A stretch of 63,741 nt of DNA, filler included, from Octopus bimaculoides (Eukaryota), in the NCBI RefSeq assembly GCF_001194135.2. It is 7 parts of 7 records of this genome, joined end to end, with 100 filler letters (N's around TTAATTAATTAA, not from the genome) between each part and the next. Parts side by side here need not be neighbours in the genome. Positions count along the whole stretch, not along the records: positions 36,169 to 56,684 come from NC_068981.1; positions 56,785 to 58,148 come from NW_026439969.1; positions 58,249 to 59,655 come from NW_026403381.1; positions 59,756 to 62,328 come from NC_068993.1; positions 62,429 to 63,741 come from NC_069006.1; 2 more parts are not named here. The stretch is one strand, 5' to 3'. Numbering within the stretch: the stretch's first letter is position 1; each line of letters begins with the position of its first letter. Below are positions 50,868-63,130 of this stretch, in pieces. A model generated the notes under the pieces. That model saw only the letters and a program-made list of their open reading frames with translations. It had not been told where the DNA came from and did not search any database. Both the position numbers and the translations under genes were made by a program.

Positions 50868-52320
50868 GAGAATGTTATCGCAGGGTGAGAGCAATACTAA
50901 AAACAGAGCTGAATGCAAGAAACAGGATCGAAGCGATCAATACTTTAGCCATACTAGTCGTGACTTACAGTTTCAATATCATTAACTGGTCAATTACTGA
51001 AATATGTAATCTTGACAGAAAAATGTGAAAATTGTTGACAATGCATAGAATGCACCACCCTAAGGCAAATGTAGAACGACTTTATCTGCCATGAAAAGAG
51101 AGAGGCCGTGGACTTTTACAACTAGCACTAACAATGAAGATTGCCACAATTGGTCTAGACACCTACCTGAAAAACTCTGAGGACTGGATGTCAAAACTTG
51201 TCTCAAAACATGAAAACAAGAAAGCATCGTACTCAGTAACAAAACAGGCAAAGGAATATATAAGTGAATTCCAAATACAAATTCCAGAATTTGACGTATT
51301 ATAAACAAGCAGAGAAAAAGCTAAGCGTATGAAAACCCATGCTAAAACTGCTGCCTTAGATATTCTGACTGATAAATGGCATGAAAAACTTCTCAATCGC
51401 AAATACCCAAAGAGATCTAATAATACGGATGCTGACAAAGCCCTTACCCATCAATGGCTAATGTCTTGTAGCTTAAAATCAGAAAGAGAAATGTTTGTCA
51501 TAGCAGCCCAAGATCAGTGCTTACCTACAAGAAACTACCAGGCCAACATATTAAAGAACGGTAGCTTCCCAACATGCCGTGTATGTCAACAACAAAATGA
51601 AACCATTGATCATGTTGTCTCCATGTACAGTCTTCTTGCGCCTACAGAGTATCTCAATAAGCATGATAGAGCTGCACAATATATTCACTGGGTAATTTGC
51701 AAAATCCTGGACCTGCCCCATGATAAAAACTGGTGGGAATACAAACCACCTCCAGTGCTTGAAAATGATCACATCTCACTCCTCTGAAACTTCCCCATTC
51801 AAACTGACAGTAAGATAAATGGAAATAGGCCAGACATTATATTGAAAGACTTCAGACAAAAATCATGCCTCCTCATTGATATGACTGTCCCAATCGATAT
51901 AAACGTATTTGTCAAGAACTACCAAAAACTGAGCAAGTATAAAGATCTTGAAATAGAAATTAGCAAAATATGGAACCTGAAGACTAAAACAATACTTTTT
52001 GTCATAGGTTCCCTGGAAATGATAGCAAAAGGGGCTGATTGCTACCCTAAAATGGCAGAAATTCAAATATAGTACTCATGGGAACTGCCCATATCCTACG
52101 TAAAATACTGTCTATGTAATCTCAAATTTTAAAACAAACTCATAATTTTCTTATGGTTTCTTAAACATTCTCTAGAACAACACTATGTACAAATCCAAAT
52201 ATATAGTACCCTAGGCATAACACCTACATGAACTTCTAACTTGTTGTCTCTTGAGGTCTCTGGATGAGACTTGGACCCAACTTGCACAAATGCAAAGCAA
52301 AAGTCAAACAAAATAATAAT
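50868..52320 (+). mobile_element. R4/Dong-type LINE (subfamily 3), 3' portion with CCHC, RLE, 3' UTR and tail
   Basis: RVRAILKTELNARNRIEAIN, MHHPKANVERLYL, GRGL, AAQDQCLPTRNY, CRVCQQQNETIDHV, HDRAAQYIHW, NRPDIILKD..CLLIDMTVP, KYKDL, MGTAHILRKILSM*; (TAA/ACA)n tail. Confidence 0.92.
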
Positions 52321-52424
<104 letters not shown>

Positions 52425-52429
52425 TAGGC

Positions 52430-53500
52430 AAACCGCCTGCCTTTCCCCACCAAAAGAAGGCGGCAGTACAATCTTCAGGATGGAATAGGCTGATAGTCTG
52501 ATCCGTCCTCTATGTGACAGCACCTGTTCGTCATAACTCTAGAAGTCAGCAATGCTCAAACAGTGAGTGCATGCAGGACGGTTTCGTTGCTTTGCATGCA
52601 TCTCGAACAGGCACGGCTGATAGCTTTACTATGCTAATGCTTCAGGTAGCATTGTCAGGCGAAAGCTTTCTGGAAATTATCTATGGGCACCCGGCTCGAA
52701 AGTTGATTTTCATGGAAGCCCGGAGTTTCCCCGAGGAATTCGTCGCGCTTACCCACCGCTAATTCTTTATAGAACGTCATGGTGGAACATGTATAAACCG
52801 CATTGTCCGACTGGCAGAAGGCTGAAAGCGCCTTGCGATGTTCAAGGTGTCAGGCACCCTGACTTGGTTTATGTTTGATCTAGGACTGCAGTTCTATCGA
52901 AGAAACGAGTTGCGGAAAAGTGTTATTTAACAAACACCAACCACACCAGTTCATCGTCAAGAAAACGCTAGTAATAAAAATCATCTGCGGTATTAGATCC
53001 AAAATGGTCGAATTCACCAGAATATGCTCAACAATATGAAGTCTTTCATAACAGTTTTCATAGAAATATTTCTGGGATCGACGAACTATGTTGGAGATGA
53101 GTGAGTCACTATTAGAAGACATCCTTCGTACTGCCGAAGAGATAGAGTTAAGATGACAGGTGATAGTATTCGGTATGACCCAAGAAATACAATGACGTGG
53201 AACGCATTTGGTTTACTTTTTCCTTTCCGGTCTCATCGTAGTTGTTCAATAACAGAAAAACGACATTTCTGCTCATCGCTTACAACTTACTGAAGAAACA
53301 GGAGGAGGCAATATCTCTAATTTAACTGGCCTACTTACATATTCCACAACTCTAGTACATCAGGAAACTTCTGACCATTACCTTGTGCTAGTGAAACTGA
53401 AGGTTCGGGTGTATGTGGACACAGTATATGAAAAAGCGTTGAAACTATCAAAAGTAAAACTTTCGGGATATGTGTCACCACTTTAAATTAATGAAGTGGT
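52430..53500 (-). mobile_element. Tx1/L1-clade LINE ORF2 C-terminal fragment (zf-RVT-like)
   Basis: Minus strand: DNFQKAFA*QCY...SRACSRCMQSNETVLHAL, then EQVLSHRGRIRLSAYSILKIVLPPSF. GC-richer than the flanks; the upstream boundary is uncertain. Confidence 0.65.
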
Positions 53501-53559
53501 TTAAACATCTTAAAAGAAAATATGCGCCTGAGTAGCAGCGACTCTTTGTAAAGCTATGG

Positions 53560-53780
53560 AACTGTCTATGCCAGAACGCAGAAGGGCTCCCAGAATGAAG
53601 CGCGGATTACACGTCTGTACTTTAGATGTAACAGCTGGAAACTGACGCGGCCTACCGGTGCAAAAATATTCACACATATGCAGAAAGGGTTGTGTCGCTT
53701 CCCACTCAAAGAATTTTGCCCACACAGCATTAGTTTTGGAGGGGAAAAAATAAATTCGGATACTTTTTGAACGCGCCTCG
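53560..53780 (-). mobile_element. 5' end of a mariner-type element
   Basis: Minus strand begins TA|CGAGGCGCGTTCAAAAAGTATCCGA, a typical mariner TIR start. Confidence 0.6.
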
Positions 53781-53829
53781 TATAATATACATGGAGATCA
53801 TTATGAATTTGTAAACCATTGTAACAAGT

Positions 53830-54135
53830 GACAATCGCTAAAACAACGCGGTTTTTTTTTATCGAATAATGGAATAACGTTTGCGCATTGCGTATGCTGT
53901 GGTTGAACCACATGCTGATGATAGAGATGTAGTAAATATATAATCAAAGACATTCCAACCATGCCGATCACGTATTTTCACCAGGCATGTAAGAATATAT
54001 GATCTAATGTATCTTTCATTGTTTGAAGATTGAAAATTGTGATTGAGTAGAATATTTGGTTGTTATTTGCAACAGGAGAAACAAACACGTTGCGATACGA
54101 GCATACACGCATTATTACAAAATCAGTGACAGGTC
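53830..54135 (+). pseudogene. Decayed cadherin repeat between two mariner elements
   Basis: DNR (53830), HADDRDVVN (53911-53937), ATGETNTLRYEHTRIITKSVTGP (54069-54137); these resemble NDN, AxDRDVGxN and TGEI..LDYE..I.....GxP in the correct order. Confidence 0.45.
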
Positions 54136-54141
54136 CATATA

Positions 54142-54940
54142 CAAAGTGAATTCCAGAAGTTTTGAGACTTTTTTCGTGAGAGACATTTATTAATTTCAAA
54201 GTGCAAAATTCTAATCTCTTTCAAAGTAGGATCCTGTAAATTTATTACACTTGTTGCAGGACTCCAGCCAATTCGCGAAGGCCACTATGGAAGTTCTCCA
54301 AAGTGATGGTGTCCAGGACACTTGTCACAGCTGCCTTCGATTCCTTCAGCTTGGGGACAAATCAAACTTCACAAGGAGCACGGCCTGGACTGTAAGGGGA
54401 AGGGTGAGAAACAGTTACGATGCTCATATCTGTCAAATAGTTGCTTACCAGGACGGGTATATTGTCCTGTGCTAATGTCAGCATCTCGAGCGAAAGAGCT
54501 CTGGCCTTTAACAACGAATTTTTTCTCCTGAACTTCCGCAAAAGCTCCACAAAGTACTCTTTGTTGACTGTCTGGCCAGAGGGAATCCAGTGGATATAGA
54601 TGATTCCCTTTCTATCGAAAAAGGAGATTCTCATAAGCTTTCCAGTGGACTTGCTTTGCCTACCTCTTGTGCCAGCAACAAAACAGATACTCGTCTCATA
54701 CAAGTTAATCCATAATCAGTCAGGAGCATTTCATAAGTTTCACACAAAACTTTATTGCATAGCGAGCTTCCAAATTGTTTTCATGTGCTGACAATTTACA
54801 CACATACATACATACATGTACTCGTGTGTTCAAAGCGCTGCTACAGACGTCTCCTTCAGTCTTAGATATAGATGATGGCAAAGAATTCAAATTTGATGGC
54901 AAAGAATCCAAACTAGGTCGAAAACATCTATAACAAAACC
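54142..54940 (-). mobile_element. Mariner (DD34D-type) transposon, internally deleted
   Basis: Minus strand: EARYAIKFCVKL, FFDRKGIIYIHWIPSGQTVNKEYFVELLRK, HPSPYSPGRAPC. One TIR begins TA|CAAAGTGAATTCCAGAAGTTTTGAGAC; the other end is degenerate. Confidence 0.8.
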
Positions 54941-54974
54941 TGGCAGATCAGCTTATTATACGTATAATAATAAT

Positions 54975-55780
54975 TTCAAATTTTGGCACAAGGCTAGTGT
55001 CCAACTAGTACTTATTTTATCGATCCCGAAATGATGAAAGGCAAAAATCAACCTCAGCAGAATTTGAACTCACAACATACAGACAGACGAAATGTCGTTA
55101 AGCATTTTGCTCGACGCGGTAATGATTCTGCCAGCTCGCCGCCTTTATTAGACCCATAATAATTATTTCTACACGAAGTACAAAGCCTTGAAACTTTTGG
55201 AGGAAGAGGATTAGTCGATTACATCAACCCCTGTGCGTAACTGGTACTTATTTAATCGATCCCGAAGGAGGTAAGGCAAAGACGACCTCGGCGGAATTTG
55301 AACTCAGCGTAGCGGCAGACGAAATACCGCTAAGCATTTCACCCAGCGTGCAACCGATTCTGCCAGCTCACCGCCTTTATTAAACGTGTAATAGTCTTTT
55401 CTACACCAGGCACAAGGCCAGAAATTTTAGGGGAGGGGGCCAGTCGATTAGATCGATGCCCAGTACATAACTGGTACTTAATTTATCGACTCCGAAAGTA
55501 TGAAAGGCAAAGTCGACCTCGGCGGAATGAGACGTATAATAATGATATACTAATATTATATGTGAGTAAGGTGGTGAGGTGGCAGAATCGTTAGCACGCC
55601 GGGCAAAAATGCTAAACGGTATTTCGTCCATCTTCTCGTTCTGAGTTCAGATTCCGCCAGGTCGAATTTGCCTTTCAGCCCCTCGGAGTCGATAAAATAA
55701 GTAGCAGTTGAGCACATGGGTCGATGTAATTGACTTCGTTCCTCACCCAAAACTGCTGGGCTTGTGCCAAAATTTGAAAC
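54975..55780. mobile_element. Cluster of four family-B SINEs (three minus, then one plus)
   Basis: Minus copies at ~54975-55145, 55165-55378 and 55405-55527; plus copy at 55568-55780. Confidence 0.88.
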
Positions 55781-55914
55781 CAATATTACAATAATCGTGG
55801 ACTGTTAAAACTGCCTCTTCTAAAACGTCACAAAATTTCTGGAATACACTTCGTATGTATGTATGTATGTATGTATTTACGCACGCACGCACGCGTGCAT
55901 GTATGTATGTATGT

Positions 55915-55961
<47 letters not shown>

Positions 55962-56389
55962 TATTTGTGTATATGTTTATTTATCCAATTACATATATAC
56001 ACACACACAAACATATGCATATATGTGTGTGCGTGTGCGTGTGCGCGCGCGCAGGTATAAATACATATGTTATGTGTAACTATATATATATATAAAGACA
56101 CATATATAGAATATATGCTTATATAGTTATAAATGCACACACATACGTACAAATATATACGTGTGTTTATAAACATATATGTATATATATATGTAAATGT
56201 ACATATAATATATATTTGTGTGTGTATATAAATATATATATNNNNNNNNNNNNNNNNNNNNNNNNNNNNNNNNNNNNNNNNNNNNNNNNNNNNNNNNNNN
56301 NNNNNNNNNNNNNNNNNNNNNNNNNNNNNNNNNNNNNNNNNNNNNNNNNNNNNNNNNNNNNNNNNNNTATATATATATATATATATATA

Positions 56390-56510
56390 TATGGGAGAAT
56401 ATACAAATAATAACAACAGACGAGGACAGGTGGTGTAAATAACAAAAGTATATATTAGTATGACGCTCGGGAATACGGAAAGTCTTTGACGTTTCGAGCT
56501 ACGCTCTTCA
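56390..56510 (-). repeat. Hammerhead-motif repeat, copy 2 (truncated)
   Basis: Matches 1-122. The minus strand retains TGA-A-GAGC-GTA-GCTC-GAAAC-GTC-AAAGA, but the upstream stem I arm is replaced by microsatellite. Confidence 0.6.
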
Positions 56511-56618
56511 CATACATATATACACATGCAAACATGTACATACATATATAGATAAATATATGTGTGCATGGGTGTATACATATATACACATACACATATA
56601 TATGTATGTATACGCACG

Positions 56619-56684
<66 letters not shown>

Positions 56685-56996
56685 NNNNNNNNNNNNNNNN
56701 NNNNNNNNNNNNNNNNNNNNNNNNNNNNTTAATTAATTAANNNNNNNNNNNNNNNNNNNNNNNNNNNNNNNNNNNNNNNNNNNNTATGTATATATGCATG
56801 TATATATGCATGAATGCATGGATGGATGTATAAATGTATATACGCATGAATGTATGTATAATTAAAAGTCAATAAATCTGCAACAGCCACCAGCTGCTTA
56901 CATGCAATAAATGTTCTTCAAACGTTAAAAAATCTTTTGAATTCGTTTTCATCCTAAAAGAACAGTAATTGGAGCATCAATAATTATTGTTGTTGC

Positions 56997-57225
<229 letters not shown>

Positions 57226-57914
57226 AGCCGCTAAGGTGTTAAAACTGCATCGCAGGTGAGAAACGCAAGCCGTAGTCAGTAAAAGTTAAAGGTATTTCTC
57301 AAGAGAAATCAATGCTGTTTACAATGAAATGAACTCAGGACTTTTGAGGTACAAACTGTTGATCTCTTATCAATCTACGTGATCTTACTCTCTCTATGTC
57401 AACTCCCTCCTCCTCTCCCACTCTCTCTCTCTCTCTCTTTCCCTGTCAAACAAACCCACACCCGCATACACACGCGCACACACATGCACGTAATACAACA
57501 GACATACACACAAAGCAGAAGTTCGTTTCGTCGTTCATTTGTTCTGGATAATCCTTTTGAAATACGAGATAATGTTTTATTAAACAATACAAAAGATCTC
57601 AATTTCAGGGGATTACTCAAACTGTCAGCATAACAGAGTCAGGATTCCCCAACACCCGCTTCAAACCCCCACCCTAAACGCACGCATGCAAGCACACACA
57701 CTTATATCTAAGAGTATATTCATATCTGCACACACACATGTATTGAAGACGCGTACACATACATACATATGTGTATATATATGTATATATACTATACGTA
57801 TACATAAACCTATATATACATGTATACATATATATATACATGTATATATATACATGTATATATATAAACCTATATATACATGTCTTTGTAGTTACATGTA
57901 CATGTATGTATTTG

Positions 57915-57956
<42 letters not shown>

Positions 57957-58249
57957 NNNNNNNNNNTATATATACACTATACACATGCACACTATTTGCT
58001 CACAGAGACACACACAGACAGACACACACACGTCCATCTCACTCGTCCCCATTCACACATAGACTCTTACACACTCACACACGCGCCATTCTCATACACA
58101 CACATGCTTGCACACCTTAGATTGTTGGGATCACCATTATATATATATNNNNNNNNNNNNNNNNNNNNNNNNNNNNNNNNNNNNNNNNNNNNTTAATTAA
58201 TTAANNNNNNNNNNNNNNNNNNNNNNNNNNNNNNNNNNNNNNNNNNNNA

Positions 58250-59070
58250 TTAACAATTAAGGTTACAAATATAAAGTACATTTAGCAATTGGAGAATAAC
58301 AATAATAACCAGAATAGTTGGGATGAAACAACTATCCCCCAAAAGAAATGATTTTGCCAAATGTAGCACACCCAAAAACAGAAATAAAAGCAAAAATAAT
58401 TGTTGCGACAACAGTAGGAGTAATAATGACATTAGTAATAGTAATAGGAAAAATATTTTATAAAATGGGATAAGACAACCAGTGCGAAATAATAGTAACA
58501 AAGGCAATAGGAATAAGAGCATTGCTAATAGAGTTGTTGGTAATAGAGATAATAAGGATGATACTGATAATAATAGTAGACGAAATAATAACTTTAAAAA
58601 CAATAATTATGAAAGGAATGACAGCAGCAGAAACGGTAACATGAAGAATAATACTAAATGCAATATTGGAAAGTATAATACCGGAAGATCTACACATAAT
58701 TTAGGCAACCCTTATAAGGACAATAATGGGGTAGACATTCTGTGGCTAATAATCCCCTTCGCCATGCAGATCAAAAATGACATAGTAAAAACTATCTTCA
58801 GTATAATCAATAAACACTTTGTAAGAGGAAAGAATAAATATTGGGAGTTAATTAATAAAAGGACAGTAAGAATAGGGTATAGCCTAACGCACAACCTGGC
58901 TACCATAATCTCAATTAACAATAGAAAGCTAGATAGTTTTTATATAAGTAGGAAAAATAACATAACAACAGTAGACACCAATATATGTGTTTGTCGTGAC
59001 TTTTGTACGTATGTTTACCCTGACGGGGGCGGGGGTCATCACCAGTTTACACTCTATTGTGTTTAGAAAT
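58250..59070 (+). mobile_element. Penelope-like element RT-to-endonuclease linker fragment
   Basis: Asn-rich linker, then DILWLIIPF...IINKHF...LINKRTVRIGYSLTHNLATIISINNRK and CVCRDFC, resembling the IIWFNPPF...KHF...KNTVKISYS pattern. Confidence 0.7.
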
Positions 59071-59869
59071 ACAGTGGTGTACCCCCGAAATGACTATAGG
59101 TGTTGTACGTGGTTTTGATGAAATTGATTTTACTGATTGATACCTGCTGGGTGCCTGTTATTCACTCTTGTATATACCTAACTGGTGCAGACTTGCCTAT
59201 TGGTGTCTAATGTTTTTGAGTTGTAAAATGTGCCCGAGGAAGATGAAGAACTTTGAGCTTTAACTCTAAATGGTGTTAAATCATTTCTGTCCTTGATTTT
59301 TAACCGATGGACTACTTTATGGTACCTCATTTCTTTATTTTACTTTACTTCATTTTATATCGACCTATATTATATTATATGTTTGAAATTTTTATTCCTT
59401 TTATTCGTATTAATTTTAACTTCTATGAAATGATATTTACGTGTATTGTATTATACCGTTAACTCAATTTTTTTATCATTTGTATGTTATCGGTCGAAAC
59501 AATATATTCATGTATAAAATTTTATACTATATGTTCTATTTCTTGCATCTTACTTCTTATATATTTCTTATTCTTTTTATTCATTATTTCTTCTTACGTT
59601 ATTTTTCTTATGTTATATCTCCATATTCCTTATGTCTGACAGATTATGTTGTATANNNNNNNNNNNNNNNNNNNNNNNNNNNNNNNNNNNNNNNNNNNNT
59701 TAATTAATTAANNNNNNNNNNNNNNNNNNNNNNNNNNNNNNNNNNNNNNNNNNNNTATATATATATATATATATATATATGCATATCTATATTTATCTAC
59801 ACACACACACATTTCCTGCAGGACAATTTGCTGAGGCTGGGGCAAAGTCCCAGCTGGGCCAGGGGTGAC

Positions 59870-60190
59870 ATGGTGGTGGAACAAGGAGGTAGACAGTGCT
59901 ATAAAAGCAAAGAGACAGGCTTGGAAAGACTGTCAAAATGGTGGAAGCAGAGAATTATATCAGGTAACTAAAAGGGAAGCTAGGTAACAGGTTTATATAG
60001 CGAAACAAGTAGCAGAAGGTAAGAGATTTGCCAATGTTCTGCAGCATGAGGTTCAGAAGAATTAGATGCAGCATACAAAAGAGAAGACTACATTGGTTTA
60101 GACAGCTATATAAATTAGATAACACCTGTGGAAGAGATAGACCCAGGAACACATGGGATAAAGCGCTGGGCTTCACAGAGGAGAAGACAA
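59870..60190 (+). mobile_element. RTE-clade LINE internal fragment
   Basis: VTWWWNKEVDSAIKAKRQAWKD...YQVTKREAR..VYIAK. Confidence 0.75.
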
Positions 60191-60894
60191 TGGACTGAGA
60201 TGTCTGGTGATATGAGGTTCTGGTGAAGACTCGCTCACTTCAGTGAAAGTGAGTTGTAGAAGTGCTGTATGTTCCACCCACATAACAAAACTTTTCACAC
60301 AGCCTGCCCCAACAAACCAAACTACATCTTTTCTCTTCCTCACATTTTCTCTTTTCATGCACTATGATTATCTCTCACTCCCCAATCCTGTTCACTGTAT
60401 CATCACTATCCTGTAGCTCCCCATCCCATCCATATACCAGGTTTCACTATTCACTGCATTCCCTGCCCCACCCTCTTAGCATTCATGTGAAGTCTCTATT
60501 CCCTATTTGCACTCCTTTATATTATAACCTCCATACCTAGAGAGTATGCCCAAGCACTTGCCACCATCTATCTTTCTCTTGCTCTTCTCTACCATCTTAT
60601 GTATATTCTGATCCCCATTCCTTGTGAGTATGTCTTGTCACTTTGCCACCATCTGTCTCCTACTTTCTCTTTCTCTTGCTCTTCCCTCTAGCTGGGTAAC
60701 TATGTATCTCCTCTACTACAATTTCTGTTTCTGTCCTCATTCTCTCTCTCTCGCTCTCTCTTGCCAGGTAACCATATACCTCCTCTATAGTAAGACACCT
60801 GCTTCTGTCTCTGTCACACTCTAGCCTTTTATTATCAGGCACAAGATCAGCTCTTCCAATGTCCCCTCCCCTCTCAAAGGATCTTTCTCTTGCA

Positions 60895-61200
60895 AGTTAC
60901 TTGGTGACCCTGCCAGTGCTGATGTCATGTAAAATGCATCCAGTCCTCACTGTAAAGTGGTTGGTGTTAGGAAGGGCATCCAGCTGTAAAAACCATGCCA
61001 AAACTGATTTCATATGTGCTGGTGTTATGTAAAAAGTACTCAGTCCACTCTACAGGGTGGTTGGTGCTAGGAAGGGCATCCAGCCATAAAAAAAACCTTG
61101 CCAAAACAGACACTGAAGCCTGCTTAGCCAGCTCCTGTCAAACCATCCATCCTAGTCCGGCATCGAAAGTGGACGTTAAGTGATGATGATAATGATGGTT
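60895..61200 (+). repeat. Two tandem ~105-bp units containing GGTTGGTG(T/C)TAGGAAGGGCATCCAGC (RTE 5' UTR or SINE-like)
   Basis: The motif occurs at ~60958-60990 and ~61058-61090 with similar upstream and downstream sequence. Confidence 0.65.
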
Positions 61201-61309
61201 CACTACCGTTCACCTTTTTTACTGTTTCAGCCCAAGACTGGGACCATGCTGGGGCTCCACCTGTCAGTGAGTGTATTTGGGTCTCCTTTCTGTACTATTG
61301 TTGATAAAA

Positions 61310-61670
61310 GGAGGACTGAAGATTTGATAGGAAAGCTGGGGTTGGAGGAATACTGATTGGAGGAATGGTTGACAAAGTCGAATGGAGTGAGGTGGTATGG
61401 GCATATTTTGAAGAGAGATGGGCATGTTCTGAGGAGGGTGATCGCGTTTGAGGTAAATGGAGCGCGAAAGTGAGGTAGACCAAGGAAAAGGGGAGGGGAC
61501 AGGTGGAGATTGGGAGGGTTGGTTTGAAAAAGGAGGACGCCCAAAACCGGGCAAGATGGTGAGATGGTGGTGAGGGCGGTTGATATGGCATTGAGGTAGA
61601 TCTGGCCACCCCTATTAATGGGAACGAAACCTGGATTTAAAACACTGGATGATGGATGATGAAGTGAGTT
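61310..61670 (+). mobile_element. RTE-clade LINE 3' end
   Basis: NGVRWYGHILKRD.HVLRRVIAFEVNGARK*GRPRK...GLKKEDAQNRARW; (GAT)-like tail. Confidence 0.8.
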
Positions 61671-61679
61671 GGACAGAAC

Positions 61680-62010
61680 CACTCTTGGTACCACCTGTCA
61701 TGACGTGGGTTCATCTGGGATTTCAGGTAGAAATTTGTCCAGATGCTTTTTCAAGGTTTCCACATTTACATCTTGCAGATCTGTTAGGTTCCTTGACAGG
61801 ATGTTAAACAGTTGTGGTCCCCTGAAATCCAAGCTATTACAGTACTGAGTCCTTATTCAGGATGGAAAAGACGGGATCTTTGGTATGCAGTGTTGTCAAG
61901 TCTGATGGTTGGTATAGCTTTTAATTCCAAGGTTGGGAGCTAGGCCTTCCTTGCCCAGACTTGTGCCTGGGAGGGTAACTTTCTAGGTACAATCCCATGG
62001 TCAGTCATGA
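61680..62010 (-). mobile_element. CR1-group LINE 3' end fragment
   Basis: PKIPSFPS*IRTQYCNSLDFRGPQLFNIL...LKKHLDKFLPEIPDEP, similar to the end of 25690-27080. Confidence 0.75.
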
Positions 62011-62125
62011 CGGAAGGGGGGCTCAGCATATATATATAAAAGAATATAATTATCAAGTAGTCAACATGCTATGAAAATTTGTAGGCAATTAATACACTAA
62101 ATTAACAATAATGTACATATGTATG

Positions 62126-62289
62126 TAATTATATTAAGGGAGATTGGGCAAAAATGACCTTTCTCCAGCATGCTTGAAGTGCCGATACCTTCAAAGACTA
62201 CCAAAAACTTTTGGTAGTTTTTGAAGGTATTGGCACTTCAAGCATGCTGAAGAAAGGTCATTTTCGCCCAATCTCCCTTAATATAATTA
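62126..62289. repeat. Near-perfect 164-bp palindrome (foldback MITE); core 62138-62277 bounded by TTAA
   Basis: 81-bp arms, 2-nt loop (62207-62208), 4 mismatches. Core is TTAA|GGGAGA...TCTCCC|TTAA. Confidence 0.95.
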
Positions 62290-62328
<39 letters not shown>

Positions 62329-62428
62329 NNNNNNNNNNNNNNNNNNNNNNNNNNNNNNNNNNNNNNNNNNNNTTAATTAATTAANNNNNNNNNNNNNNNN
62401 NNNNNNNNNNNNNNNNNNNNNNNNNNNN

Positions 62429-62475
62429 TCGGTAGTGAAGTGAAAGCACGTTATAAAAATAAAACTACTGAAAAA
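62429..62475 (+). mobile_element. 3' UTR end of R4/Dong subfamily 2 followed by (TAA)n
   Basis: TCGGTAGTGAAGTGAAAGC matches 38752-38770. Confidence 0.7.
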
Positions 62476-62492
62476 TAATAATAATAATAATG

Positions 62493-62571
<79 letters not shown>

Positions 62572-62721
62572 TATTGTTGTTGTTTTAAAAATTTTCGAAT
62601 GGAAACAAATCACAGACAGTTATATAATTATTGCTGTTGTTGTTGTTATGCTTATTATTAGTTTTTAATATTATCAATTTATTATTACTAATATCATAAT
62701 TATAATTACCATTATTATTAT

Positions 62722-63130
62722 TAAGGCGGTGATCTGGCAGACTGCGCCGGATATAATACGCAGCGGCATTTCCTCTGGTTTTATGTTCTGAGTTCAAATT
62801 CCGTCGCGGTTGAATATGTCTCTCATGCTTTCAGGGTCGATAAATTGAGTACCAGTTGAGTAGCGGGGTCGATATAATCGACTATCCCCTTCACCCCCAA
62901 ATTTCAGGTCTTTGCCTGATTATATAAAACGGATTATTATTATGATTATTATCATTATGTTAAGGTGGTGACCGGGCAGAATCGTTAGCACGCGTTTCCG
63001 CCGTCCTTACGTCCTGAGATCAAAATCCTCCGAGGTCGATTTTTCGTGCTTCCGAAGGCGATAAATTATGCACCAAGCTGATTTTAATGACGTTACTTCT
63101 CCAAGAAACATGCTGGTCTTGTGTTAATTT
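62722..63130 (+). mobile_element. Two tandem family-B SINEs, each preceded by (ATT)n
   Basis: TAAGGCGGTGATCTGGCAG (62721) and TAAGGTGGTGACCGGGCAGAATCG (62961). Confidence 0.85.

Noticed and set aside
58482-59066. 194-aa Asn-rich ORF as a possible novel gene
   Set aside because: Its C-terminal half matches a Penelope-like linker, so it is TE-derived.
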